Source: an uncultured Dehalococcoidia bacterium (lineage in GTDB: Bacteria > Chloroflexota > Dehalococcoidia > Lucifugimonadales > CAZDRU01). From it: a DNA stretch of 64,000 nucleotides. The position numbers were made by a program, and so were the translations under genes. Below are positions 45,252-54,630 of the stretch, piece after piece. The DNA is taken from positions 3,451 through 67,450 of the forward strand of contig CAZDRU010000023.1 of the NCBI GenBank assembly GCA_964508175.1. The letters run 5' to 3'. Every line of letters begins with the position of its first letter. Position 1 is the first letter of the stretch. The notes beneath the pieces were generated by a model. The model made no database searches, was not told where the DNA came from, and saw nothing but the letters and a program-made list of their open reading frames with translations.

Positions 45252-46259
45252 ATGGATATTAAAAAACTTTCTCAAATTGCCAAATCTTTGGTTCATTCTC
45301 AAAAAGGCATTCTTGCTGCTGATGAAAGTTCTAATACAATAAAAAAAAGATTTGATTCTATAGAAGTAGAATCAACTGAATCCAATAGACAAATTTATCG
45401 GGAAATGTTATTTCAAACAAAAGGCATATCAGACTTTATTAGTGGAATAATTTTATTTGATGAAACAATTCGCCAAAATGGGGTTGATGGTAAGTCTTTG
45501 GTATCTTTAATAATTCAACAAGGAATGATCCCAGGAATTAAAGTTGATATGGGCGCAAAACCACTGGCTGGTTCTGTAAAAGAAACCGTAACAGAAGGTT
45601 TAGATGGATTGAGAGAAAGACTAGAAGAATATTCTCATTTAGGAGCGCAATTTACTAAATGGAGAGGGGTAATTAATATTGGAGATAATCTTCCTACATC
45701 CTATTCTATTAAAACTAACGCACACGCTTTAGCTAGATTTGCAGCTTTGAGTCAAGAGGCTGGACTTGTTCCGATAGTGGAACCTGAAGTATTGATGGAT
45801 GGAGAACATGATGTGGATGAATGTTTTCGTGTTACTCAATTAACATTACGAGAAGTTTATTATGAATTAAGCTTACAGAACGTTTTATTGGAAGGAACTT
45901 TATTAAAACCTAATATGGTTCTGTCAGGAAAAGATGCAATTCAAAGGGTAAGTCCAGAAGAAGTAGCGACAAAAACATTAACATGTTTTATGAACTCTGT
46001 TCCTTCTGCAGTACCTGGAATTGTTTTTCTTTCTGGAGGACAAGGTGATGAAGAATCTACAGTTAATTTAGATGCTATTAATAAAATATCTAAGAAAAAT
46101 AAAACACCTTGGGAACTAAGTTTTTCTTATGGGAGAGGCCTTCAAGCAGCTCCATTAAAAGAATGGAGTGGTGTTAAAGAAAATGAAACGAAAGCACAAC
46201 AAATTTTTTACCAACGTGCAAAGTCAATTAGTCTTGCAAGACAAGGTATTTATATTTGA
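45252..46259 (+). CDS. fructose-bisphosphate aldolase class I
   Basis: GILAADES, IPGIKVD, EPEVLMDG, LLKPNMV (Schiff-base Lys region) and FLSGGQ motifs. Confidence 0.85.
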   Translation: MDIKKLSQIAKSLVHSQKGILAADESSNTIKKRFDSIEVESTESNRQIYREMLFQTKGISDFISGIILFDETIRQNGVDGKSLVSLIIQQGMIPGIKVDMGAKPLAGSVKETVTEGLDGLRERLEEYSHLGAQFTKWRGVINIGDNLPTSYSIKTNAHALARFAALSQEAGLVPIVEPEVLMDGEHDVDECFRVTQLTLREVYYELSLQNVLLEGTLLKPNMVLSGKDAIQRVSPEEVATKTLTCFMNSVPSAVPGIVFLSGGQGDEESTVNLDAINKISKKNKTPWELSFSYGRGLQAAPLKEWSGVKENETKAQQIFYQRAKSISLARQGIYI

Positions 46260-46915
46260 TAAGTGATTTTGACAAATCTAAATTTATTAATAAAAAGACT
46301 TCCAAATTATTATTAGCAACTAATAATGGCGGAAAATTAAAAGAATTTCGTTTTTTACTCACAAAATTGCCATATGAGATTGTTTCTCCTTCAGAATTGG
46401 GAATTAATTTTCAAGTAGTAGAAAATGGCAATACTTTTGCTGAAAATGCATATATTAAAGCAACTACATATGCAAAAAAAACTGGCTTATTGTCTTTAGC
46501 TGATGATTCAGGTATTGAGGTAGATGCATTAGAAGGGCGTCCAGGTATTTTTTCTGCTCGTTATGGAGGGAATTCATTGACTGATAAAGATAGAGTAGAT
46601 CTTCTTCTTAAGGAAATGAGAAACATTTCTTGGAATGAAAGAAAAGCACGATTTCGTAGTGTTATTGTTGTAGCTACACCTCAGGGTGAAATTATAACAG
46701 GGGAAGGTATATTGGAAGGATTTTTAACATTTAAGCCTTTAGGAGAAAATGGTTTTGGATATGATCCTATTTTATATTTGCCTGATTATGACAAGACTTC
46801 AGCGCAATTAACTTTATCTGAAAAAAATAGAATTAGTCATAGATCTCAAGCAACGAAAAAGATCGTAAATATTTTAATGAAAGAATATACTAATGAATCT
46901 ACAAAACATTTATAA
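46256..46915 (+). CDS. rdgB: non-canonical purine NTP pyrophosphatase (RdgB/HAM1)
   Basis: LLLATNNGGKLKEF, ADDSGIEVDAL, GRPGIFSARY, GFGYDPI and SHRSQA motifs. TTG start overlapping the aldolase stop. Confidence 0.85.
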   Translation: MISDFDKSKFINKKTSKLLLATNNGGKLKEFRFLLTKLPYEIVSPSELGINFQVVENGNTFAENAYIKATTYAKKTGLLSLADDSGIEVDALEGRPGIFSARYGGNSLTDKDRVDLLLKEMRNISWNERKARFRSVIVVATPQGEIITGEGILEGFLTFKPLGENGFGYDPILYLPDYDKTSAQLTLSEKNRISHRSQATKKIVNILMKEYTNESTKHL

Positions 46916-47008
46916 GGAAAAAATCTTGAGATGCTTTGCGTAATTACATATAAACAATATAATTTATTTTAATAGGAAAATTATGCGTTTTTATCAAAAA
47001 AAAGAACA

Positions 47009-48025
47009 ATGAATAAATCAGTTAAGGATAAATTTAACAGACCCCTCAAAGATTTACGGATATCGGTTATTGATAAGTGTAATTTCAGGTGTCCTTATTG
47101 CATGCCTAAAGAAGTATATGGAGAAAGGTACCAATTTCTTCAGTCAAAAGAGTTAATGACGTTCGATGAAATATATAGATTAGCACGTATTATGGTTAAG
47201 CTAGGAGTCGAAAAGATTAGATTGACAGGAGGAGAGCCTTTACTGAGAAAAAATCTTGATAAATTAATTCAAAAATTAGCAAAAATTCAAGGACTTTTTG
47301 ATCTTACTTTGACTACAAATGGATATCTTCTTAAAGATATGGCACTCCCATTATATAAAGCAGGATTGAAGAGAATAACTGTAAGCTTAGATTCTTTAGA
47401 TAATGAAGTGTTTAAGAATATGAATGGAAGAAACCTTGGAGTAGAAGAAGTGATTAAAGGAATTGAATCTGCAGCTAAGGCTGGCTTTTACCCAATAAAA
47501 ATAAATTGTGTAGTAAGAAAAGGAATAAATGAGGATTCAATTTTAGATTTAGCTAAATTTTGTAAAGAAAAAAATTATATAGTCCGGTTTATAGAATACA
47601 TGGATGTTGGAACTTTAAATAAATGGAATAAAGATGAAGTTATTCCATCTGCAGAAATAATAAATAAAATAAATAAAATTATGAAATTAGAAAAATTTGA
47701 AAGCAATTACAAGGGTGAAGTTGCCAAACGGTATAAATATAAAGATGGCAAAGGGGAAATAGGAGTTATATCATCTGTTTCTCAACCATTTTGTGGAGAC
47801 TGTACGAGGATGAGGTTGTCTTCTGACGGGAAAATTATGACATGTTTGTTTGCCAGTACGGGTGTTGATTTGAAAAAACATTTAAGAGGTGATGCTACGG
47901 ATAAAGAGTTGGAGGAAATAATCGCTAAAACATGGAACATTAGAAAAGATAAATATTCTGAAGAAAGGGTGAATTTGACATCTCCTACAAAAGAAAAAGT
48001 AGAAATGTATCACATTGGCGGGTGA
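47009..48025 (+). CDS. moaA: GTP 3',8-cyclase (radical SAM)
   Basis: CNFRCPYC radical-SAM cluster, LTGGEPLL and the C-terminal CGDCTRMRLSSDGK second-cluster region. Confidence 0.9.
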   Translation: MNKSVKDKFNRPLKDLRISVIDKCNFRCPYCMPKEVYGERYQFLQSKELMTFDEIYRLARIMVKLGVEKIRLTGGEPLLRKNLDKLIQKLAKIQGLFDLTLTTNGYLLKDMALPLYKAGLKRITVSLDSLDNEVFKNMNGRNLGVEEVIKGIESAAKAGFYPIKINCVVRKGINEDSILDLAKFCKEKNYIVRFIEYMDVGTLNKWNKDEVIPSAEIINKINKIMKLEKFESNYKGEVAKRYKYKDGKGEIGVISSVSQPFCGDCTRMRLSSDGKIMTCLFASTGVDLKKHLRGDATDKELEEIIAKTWNIRKDKYSEERVNLTSPTKEKVEMYHIGG

Positions 48026-48029
48026 GAAA

Positions 48030-48416
48030 ATGATAGATATATATACTGATGGTTCTTGTCTTGGAAATCCTGGGCCAGGTGGTTGGGGGGCAGTCATTGT
48101 AGAAAAAAACAATACAATAGAAATTTGTGGTAAAGAAATTGATACTACAAATAATAGAATGGAAATATCGGCAGTAATTATGGGTTTAGAATACACGAAA
48201 GAGTATCAAAGAATAAAAATATTTAGTGATAGCCAATATGTAATAAATACAATGACAAAAAACTGGAAAAGAAAGGCTAATATAGATCTATGGGAAAAAT
48301 TAGATGAATTAGTTAGTAAAAGAGAAGTGTTATGGGAATGGGTTCGCGGACATGAAGGAAATTTTTATAATGAAAAAGCACATAACTTGGCTTATAAATC
48401 AGCAATGAGTATTTAG
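48030..48416 (+). CDS. rnhA: ribonuclease HI (short form)
   Basis: IYTDGSCLGNPGPGGWG, TNNRME, SDSQYV and WVRGHEGN motifs. The ATG at 48030 is 4 nt after the moaA stop, and I prefer it to the TTG at 48015. Confidence 0.85.
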   Translation: MIDIYTDGSCLGNPGPGGWGAVIVEKNNTIEICGKEIDTTNNRMEISAVIMGLEYTKEYQRIKIFSDSQYVINTMTKNWKRKANIDLWEKLDELVSKREVLWEWVRGHEGNFYNEKAHNLAYKSAMSI

Positions 48417-48433
48417 TTAGAAATGGCATTTAA

Positions 48434-48922
48434 ATGAAAGAAAAAAATGAAAAAACATTTTCGCATATTGATGATTCTGGTAATGCACGAATGGTAAATA
48501 TTGAAGATAAAAAAATAACACAAAGAAAAGCTATTGCTATAGGTATAGTAAAAACACAAAAGGATACAATTTCACTTATTAAACAAGGAGGATTTAAAAA
48601 AGGTGATGTACTTGGGGTAGCTAGGATTGCAGGAATAATGGCTGCAAAAAACACATCACAGCTTATTCCCATGTGTCACAATATTCCTTTAAACCATATA
48701 GAAATTGATTTTGAAATCGAAGATAGTGGAATTATATCTATAAAAGCAAGTGTTAGAGCTACGGGAAAGACAGGAGTAGAAATGGAAGCTTTGACTGCAG
48801 TTTCCGTTGCAAGTTTATCTATATATGATATGTGTAAATCAATTGATAAATCCATTACTATAAAAGAAGTTAAATTAATTAGAAAAACAGGAGGAAAATC
48901 AGGAGATTTTGTTCTTGAATGA
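48434..48922 (+). CDS. moaC: cyclic pyranopterin monophosphate synthase
   Basis: SHIDDSGNARMV, IPMCHNI, TGKTGVEMEAL and YDMCK motifs. Confidence 0.9.
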   Translation: MKEKNEKTFSHIDDSGNARMVNIEDKKITQRKAIAIGIVKTQKDTISLIKQGGFKKGDVLGVARIAGIMAAKNTSQLIPMCHNIPLNHIEIDFEIEDSGIISIKASVRATGKTGVEMEALTAVSVASLSIYDMCKSIDKSITIKEVKLIRKTGGKSGDFVLE

Positions 48923-48989
48923 ATATTTTATTATTCGTAAATTGACTAGATAAAAGTACTCAATTATAGTTTAGATAATAGATTTTTAA

Positions 48990-49065
48990 GGCAAGGTAGC
49001 TCAGTGGTTAGAGCGGGCGCTTCATAAGCGCTAGGTCGAGGGTTCAAATCCCCCCCTTGCCACCA
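48990..49065 (+). tRNA. tRNA with CAT anticodon (elongator Met or Ile2), CCA encoded
   Basis: GGCAAGG-TA-GCTC-AGTGGTTA-GAGC-G-GGCGC-TTCATAA-GCGCT-AGGTC-GAGGG-TTCAAAT-CCCCC-CCTTGCC-A-CCA. The G1-C72 pair argues against an initiator tRNA. There is an A50.C64 mismatch. Confidence 0.85.
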
Positions 49066-49236
49066 ATTTTATTATAAAAAGAATATTTTATAGACATATT
49101 TAATTAATAAAGTAATAATTAAATTGATTATTTTTATCAGAAAGAAATACTTTATTGCTTAGTTACTAATGGACTTTTATAATGATTTTTTTGTATTAAA
49201 TAGATTGGAAGTTTAATTCTTTCTAATTAATACAAA

Positions 49237-49323
49237 GCCGGGGTGGCGAAACGGCAGACGCGCTGCGTTCAGGACGCAGTGTCCTTACAGGGCGTGTGGG
49301 TTCAAATCCCTCCCTCGGCACCA
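49237..49323 (+). tRNA. tRNA-Leu (anticodon CAG), long variable arm, CCA encoded
   Basis: GCCGGGG..CTGCG-TTCAGGA-CGCAG, a long variable arm, GTGGG-TTCAAAT-CCCTC-CCTCGGC-A-CCA. Confidence 0.9.
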
Positions 49324-49328
49324 AGTTA

Positions 49329-49405
49329 GCGCTTGTAGCTCAGCTGGATAGAGCGCAGGGTTGCGGACTCTGAGGTCGTGGGTTCGAGTCCCTCCAAGCG
49401 CGCCA
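49329..49405 (+). tRNA. tRNA-Arg with genomically encoded GCG anticodon, CCA encoded
   Basis: GCGCTTG-TA-GCTC-AGCTGGATA-GAGC-G-CAGGG-TTGCGGA-CTCTG-AGGTC-GTGGG-TTCGAGT-CCCTC-CAAGCGC-G-CCA. Confidence 0.8.
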
Positions 49406-49408
49406 CTA

Positions 49409-49485
49409 GGGCGATTAGCTCAGTTGGTTAGAGCGCCTCGTTTACACCGAGGAGGTCGGGGGTTGGAGTCCCTCATCGCCCACCA
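49409..49485 (+). tRNA. tRNA-Val (anticodon TAC), CCA encoded, T-loop TTGGAGT
   Basis: GGGCGAT-TA-GCTC-AGTTGGTTA-GAGC-G-CCTCG-TTTACAC-CGAGG-AGGTC-GGGGG-TTGGAGT-CCCTC-ATCGCCC-A-CCA. Confidence 0.8.
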
Positions 49486-49726
49486 TCGTTTTATTAGTTT
49501 AAGTAGGACGCAAATGGCTTTAGGTACGTTGCCTTGGTAACATTGTATTACCCATTAAATTGATTATTATGATGATCCTGCGATGTTTTCGAATAATTTT
49601 ACACATTTAGATAAAGATATCGTTGGCGTTGTAATCAAATGGATAAAACCTTAGTATTTAATAAAATAATTTGTGTTCGAGTGTTTTATTACGATAGGTT
49701 AATTTTTTATTCTAAGGATTTGAAAA

Positions 49727-50755
49727 ATGAAAATACATAAAGTAGTTTTTGTAGGAGCAGGAGTAAGAGGTGGTCATTGGATAAAGTTTATAAATAAACA
49801 TGAACGTTATGAACCAATAGCTTTAGTTGACCCTTCTAAAAAATCATTAGAAAAAGCTCTTAATGATAATCCAGATATTCCATTAAAAACATTTTCATCA
49901 GTTTCAGAGGCAGCAAAAAATCTCAAAGCTGATGTTGCGATAATAGCTGCTCCATCAACTTATAGATTGCAAACTTGTTTTGATGTAATTAATGCAAAAT
50001 GGCATTTATTTGTTGAGAAACCATTGGCTTTTAATTTAAGAGATGCAGTTGCGATTGTTAATAAAGCTGAAGAAGCTAAATTAGCTTTGACCGTTGGACA
50101 AAGTTTACGTTTTTCCTCACATTTCCAAAAAATAAAAAATTTAATTGATAATGATAATTTTGGTGAAATTGGGCATGGTGTTTTTATTAGACATCGTAGA
50201 CGTTATGCAGGTAATACTTACCAAAAAAACATGAGACATAATTATCTTTTAGAAATGGGAATTCATGACTTAGATTTGATTAGATTTCATATTGGATTAA
50301 AACCTGAAAAAGTTTTTGGATTTAGCTTTTTACCTGATTGGGGTGATTTTAATGGTGAAACGACAGTATCAGCATTATGGGAATTTCAAAATAAAGTTAG
50401 AGTAAATTATTTTGGTGCATGGGCATCACATGTTCCTGAATTGACTTGGAGGATCGATGGAGGAAAAGGAACGGTTAGATACTCTGAAGGCTATGGCAAG
50501 AATGCTGAATTACTGGTAGGTCAGCCAAATGATGGATTATGGAAATCTGTTTTAAGTGATGAAAATGAGTTTAAAGAATCAAGTGAGAATTTATTGGATG
50601 AATTTGACTCTGCAATCAATGAAGGTCTTCCAACTACTACAAATGGAAGAGACAACCTTTGGACTGTTGCTATGATTCAAGCATTAGTTGATTCTACTGA
50701 AAATGGAGGAGGCCCTATTTCTATTAGTGATATGATGGGAAAATATGGAGCTTAA
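49727..50755 (+). CDS. Gfo/Idh/MocA family oxidoreductase
   Basis: N-terminal Rossmann motif (VVFVGAGVRGGHW) and the EKP motif (FVEKPLA). Confidence 0.8.
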   Translation: MKIHKVVFVGAGVRGGHWIKFINKHERYEPIALVDPSKKSLEKALNDNPDIPLKTFSSVSEAAKNLKADVAIIAAPSTYRLQTCFDVINAKWHLFVEKPLAFNLRDAVAIVNKAEEAKLALTVGQSLRFSSHFQKIKNLIDNDNFGEIGHGVFIRHRRRYAGNTYQKNMRHNYLLEMGIHDLDLIRFHIGLKPEKVFGFSFLPDWGDFNGETTVSALWEFQNKVRVNYFGAWASHVPELTWRIDGGKGTVRYSEGYGKNAELLVGQPNDGLWKSVLSDENEFKESSENLLDEFDSAINEGLPTTTNGRDNLWTVAMIQALVDSTENGGGPISISDMMGKYGA

Positions 50756-50765
50756 TTAGTTTATA

Positions 50766-51917
50766 TTATTTGAACATTTCGGTTCTTTTAAATTTTTTGT
50801 TATTTGTATCATTCGAACTAAAAAGTTGTTTGTAGCTTAGGTTTATTCGGTGTTTTTGTGATTCTATAGATAAAATAATAGCCTGAATTTTTTGGCCAAC
50901 ATATACAGATTCTCTAGGATGTTTAATATCTCTATGAGAAATTTCAGCTTTATGTATAAGAGCGTCAATTCCTTCTTCAATGTTTAAAAAGGCTCCGAAA
51001 TCTGTAAGACGAACTATAGTTCCTTCTACAGTATCTCCAACTTTATATTTTTTGTTTACTTCATTCCATGGATCGGGATAAGTACGTTTTATGCTTAGGG
51101 TAACTTTTTGTTCTTTAGGAGTGGTGTTAAGAATATAAACATCTATTTTTTCCCCTATTTTTAATTTTGAGTGTTGTGATGGAGTAAAATCCCACGATAA
51201 TTCGGAATTTGGTATTAATCCAGTTACTAATCCTATATCAACAAATATTCCAAATGGTTTAATTCCAGTAACAACACCAGAAATAATGGTTTTTTCTTTA
51301 AGATTTTTTATATATTCTTGTTTTCGTTTATATTTTTGTTTTTCCCAAATTTTTCGTTCTGATAGTATGATTTTTTGTTTAGTTTCGTTAATTTCGATTA
51401 TATGAAAATTTGAATCTTGATTCATACGATTGTCGATAATTTCTTTTGGGTTATCGTTTCGATCCATAGCTAAGTGAGACAAGGGAACAAAAGATTCAAA
51501 TCCTTCAACATTAACTATCATTCCACCTTTGTTTTGACCAATAATTTTCCCAGAGATTTCCTGGTTTTTTTCTTTAATTTCTTGAATGTTTCCCCAAAAT
51601 CGTTCTTTTGCAAGTAGATCATATGAAAGAATGAAATGGCTATCATTAGATTTAGTATCTACTACAATGACGTCAATTAATTCTCCCGCTTTTAATTCGT
51701 TAGGTTTGTTTATTTTTCTCATTTGTTCTTTAGGAATAATTCCTTCCATTTTCATTCCTATATCAACAATGAGTCCTTGATCTGAATACATTACTATTGT
51801 AGCTTGAAGAGATTCTCCATTTTGAGGTAGCTTAGGGGGGAGTGATTGTTCAAGAAGCTCCGCCATTTCATTGAAATGTTCACTATTGTTTGTCATAAGA
51901 TCGTATATTACTAACAA
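50766..51917 (-). CDS. rpsA: 30S ribosomal protein S1 (four S1 domains)
   Basis: Four OB/S1 repeats (GLIVDIG, GMIVNVEGFESFVP, GIFVDIG, GAFLNIEEGIDALIH). The ATG at 51896 is a plausible alternative to the TTG at 51917. Confidence 0.8.
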   Translation of the reverse strand: MLVIYDLMTNNSEHFNEMAELLEQSLPPKLPQNGESLQATIVMYSDQGLIVDIGMKMEGIIPKEQMRKINKPNELKAGELIDVIVVDTKSNDSHFILSYDLLAKERFWGNIQEIKEKNQEISGKIIGQNKGGMIVNVEGFESFVPLSHLAMDRNDNPKEIIDNRMNQDSNFHIIEINETKQKIILSERKIWEKQKYKRKQEYIKNLKEKTIISGVVTGIKPFGIFVDIGLVTGLIPNSELSWDFTPSQHSKLKIGEKIDVYILNTTPKEQKVTLSIKRTYPDPWNEVNKKYKVGDTVEGTIVRLTDFGAFLNIEEGIDALIHKAEISHRDIKHPRESVYVGQKIQAIILSIESQKHRINLSYKQLFSSNDTNNKKFKRTEMFK

Positions 51918-52000
51918 GTTTCGTGAAGTTCAAGATTTATATTGCTTATAGTTATGATTTAGTTACATGAAATTCATTTTTTATCAACAAAATTTGTTTT

Positions 52001-53158
52001 TCATGAGTTGTTTTTTAATTCGAAAGCAGGAATTTGTATTTCAGTTCCTTCAATTAATTCGATAGAAATATTGTTTTTATTTATTTTGCAAGTTTTTGTT
52101 CCTTTGGTTTTTGCAGGCACTTTGAATAATCCAGCTATAAAACATGTTTGATAAGAACTTTTTGCATCTATCCATCTATAAGTTGGTGTATTGAATATTT
52201 TTCCTCGATCGATAATTTCTCTTTTGGGTCCTCCGAAAGGTGTATTCCCAAACTCTATTCCTCTTGCATGTCCTTTACTATTCCAAGGAGCATAGTCAAA
52301 ATTGTAATATTCATCCCAAATGACGATCCAAGGAAAATCAATATTATTCCATAAATATACTAATCCTATGCCAAGTTTTGTGTTTATAGCAGTAAACCAT
52401 GAGGGGTTTTCTGATGATAGTAAATGCATTGTTAATGCTGCTGCTGGAGGTGGATTAAGAGGGTAACGAAGATCGAAAACATCTCCATTTTGTAAAGGAG
52501 CTTTTGGCCATTTAAAATGTTCTCCTGCTTTCAGCAATGGGTGTTTTGCCCCAAAATCATAAGGAAATACTATGCTTTGAGATGAAGGAATATCAACGAT
52601 GGTGTTTTTTGCGTCAAGAAATGGAGGTCCAATTGTAGGATGTTGTACATGAAGGGTTGGGTAATCAAATGTGTTTTTATTGGATACAGTTTCCATAACT
52701 TGTATTACAGGTGAATCTTCACGAGTTGAAATTTTTCGTTCTATAGTCAAATTTGATTTTGTAAGTTGAGCTTCTACTATTAAGTAATTTGGTCCAGAAT
52801 CTGTTTTGTCCCAATTAGCTACTGGAGCTTCTCCATGATGACCAAGTCCAATTTTTTGTTCTGCTTCACTGGGAGTACAGTAGGTATCTAGACAAAGATT
52901 ATGTCCCATTATTGATGCATGAGCTTTTCCTGTAGGAGGATCTTCGTATTTACCTGAACCAATATATTTTTCATAATCTTCTGGTTCTATTGAATCCCAA
53001 GGAACAGACCATAATGGATTAATATCGCCACTTTTTGTATTAAGCATCGTTAGTTCTGCGATATGTCCTCCGCCTTTGAGTATTGTTGTCCGGAATGAAT
53101 CTGAGGAATAAGACCATCCAGAACGATTACGATATTTACTTGATTCCCAGTTTTTCAT
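52001..53158 (-). CDS. uncharacterised protein, possibly galactose-mutarotase-like (aldose 1-epimerase superfamily) fold
   Basis: 385 aa. GGGHIAEL, NPLW, GHNLCLD, HHGEA and HPTIGPPFL loosely recall mutarotase-fold proteins. This is a weak assignment. Confidence 0.35.
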   Translation of the reverse strand: MKNWESSKYRNRSGWSYSSDSFRTTILKGGGHIAELTMLNTKSGDINPLWSVPWDSIEPEDYEKYIGSGKYEDPPTGKAHASIMGHNLCLDTYCTPSEAEQKIGLGHHGEAPVANWDKTDSGPNYLIVEAQLTKSNLTIERKISTREDSPVIQVMETVSNKNTFDYPTLHVQHPTIGPPFLDAKNTIVDIPSSQSIVFPYDFGAKHPLLKAGEHFKWPKAPLQNGDVFDLRYPLNPPPAAALTMHLLSSENPSWFTAINTKLGIGLVYLWNNIDFPWIVIWDEYYNFDYAPWNSKGHARGIEFGNTPFGGPKREIIDRGKIFNTPTYRWIDAKSSYQTCFIAGLFKVPAKTKGTKTCKINKNNISIELIEGTEIQIPAFELKNNS

Positions 53159-53191
53159 ATATTCCTTGAAGTAAATTAAAAAATTGTACTT

Positions 53192-53779
53192 TTAGCTAAT
53201 TTTTGCACTGAATTGAATATTTCTGCCTATTGGGACACTTACAGTATTAAACAATGGGTCTTTTTTAAGAGTGTTAATAAATTTATCTGATGTTTCAGTT
53301 CCGGGAGTTACATTATCTGCAATTAAAAAGCCACCTGGTCTCAATTTTTTTCTTATGATTGATAGAAGATCTATATACAACCATTCCCAACAATCAATTA
53401 AAGCGAAATCGATTGTGTCTTTAATATCTAGAAGTGTTTTCAATCCGTCTCCTTCTATAAAATCAACATAATTTATAAGTCCAGCATTTTGTACATTTAT
53501 TTGAGCACGTTCAACATTTTTAGGGTTAATTTCTAGAGATTTGACTCGTCCTCCTGTTAATTTTGCAGCACGAGCAAGCCATATTGTTGAATATCCATGA
53601 GCTACTCCAACCTCAACTATGTTTTTACTCTGAGTTGATTCAATAAGCATATGGACAAGTTGTGCAGTGTCAGGATGCAATGTAAACATTCGATCTTCCT
53701 GAGGAACGTCGTTTCTAGTTCGTTCTTCAGCGTCGAGTTTTTCAAGATGGTTTAATACTTTGGTTATTTGATCATTCAT
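53192..53779 (-). CDS. class I SAM-dependent O-methyltransferase (caffeoyl-CoA OMT-like family 3)
   Basis: IVEVGVAHGYSTIWLA (SAM motif I), FALIDCW and ADNV motifs. Confidence 0.75.
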   Translation of the reverse strand: MNDQITKVLNHLEKLDAEERTRNDVPQEDRMFTLHPDTAQLVHMLIESTQSKNIVEVGVAHGYSTIWLARAAKLTGGRVKSLEINPKNVERAQINVQNAGLINYVDFIEGDGLKTLLDIKDTIDFALIDCWEWLYIDLLSIIRKKLRPGGFLIADNVTPGTETSDKFINTLKKDPLFNTVSVPIGRNIQFSAKIS

Positions 53780-53859
53780 GTTTGGGTCCTTTTAGATTTA
53801 AAATTTTTATTTATGTAATTACTAAGATCTATTTTAATATTAAATAAATTAATAGATTT

Positions 53860-54630
53860 TTACCATAGAGTATATCCTCCATCAACTAATAGATTGTGGC
53901 CAGTTATAAAATTAGATGCTTCAGAAGCAAGAAATATAACTGGTCCTTTCAAATCATCAATTTCGCCTAATCTTCCCATTGGGTTCATATCAGCCCATTT
54001 TTTATGCCAAGGAATAACTTCTGGTTTGTAAGCAGCTGGAGTGAGAATATTGCCAGGACTAATTGAATTTACTCGAATTCCTTTTTGTGCCCATTCGACT
54101 CCTAAGCATTTAGTTAAATGTATGATTCCTGCTTTTGATGTATTGTAAGCTGCATGATAAGTTGCTCGATTAACAATTGAACCAGAAATTGAAGCAGTGT
54201 TGATGATAGAACCTTTTTTTTGTTTTAACATGATTTTTGCTTCTTCTTGGCAACATAATAAAACACTTGTTAAATTCAATTGTAGTTGTTCATTCCATTC
54301 ATCTTCCGAATACTTTATTGCGTCTTGAAAATGACCTCCACCTGCATTATTTACAGCTATATCTAATTTGTTCCAGAGTTTCGTTATGGTTTTGAAAATC
54401 TTTTTTACTTCAATTGATTTTGTTACATCTGCTTGTAAAAATATAGAATTTTTCCCCAATTTAATTATTTCATTAGCTGTTTCTTCACCGGTTTTTTCGT
54501 TTAAATCAACTACAATTACATCTGCTCCTGCTTCCGCCAGAGCAAGTGCATATCCTTTACCTATTCCTTGACCTGCTCCAGTTACGAGAGCTTTCTTATT
54601 TGTTAAATCGAATGATTTATATGTGTTCAT
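53860..54630 (-). CDS. short-chain dehydrogenase/reductase (SDR)
   Basis: TGAGQGIGKG, NNAG and YNTSKAG motifs. I chose the start at 54630 (MNTYKSF), which follows AAGGA. Confidence 0.85.
   Translation of the reverse strand: MNTYKSFDLTNKKALVTGAGQGIGKGYALALAEAGADVIVVDLNEKTGEETANEIIKLGKNSIFLQADVTKSIEVKKIFKTITKLWNKLDIAVNNAGGGHFQDAIKYSEDEWNEQLQLNLTSVLLCCQEEAKIMLKQKKGSIINTASISGSIVNRATYHAAYNTSKAGIIHLTKCLGVEWAQKGIRVNSISPGNILTPAAYKPEVIPWHKKWADMNPMGRLGEIDDLKGPVIFLASEASNFITGHNLLVDGGYTLW

Noticed and set aside
46916-47008. A possible Moco riboswitch upstream of moaA.
   Set aside because: The 93-nt leader is AT-rich and lacks the conserved GC-rich helices and motifs of the Moco aptamer.
49066-49236. The 171-nt AT-rich spacer between the CAT tRNA and tRNA-Leu, and the 241-nt spacer after tRNA-Val (49486-49726), as hidden small RNA genes.
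   Set aside because: No conserved RNA motifs (SRP, 6S, RNase P, tmRNA) or stable GC-rich helices were recognisable. These are probably promoter or spacer sequence.
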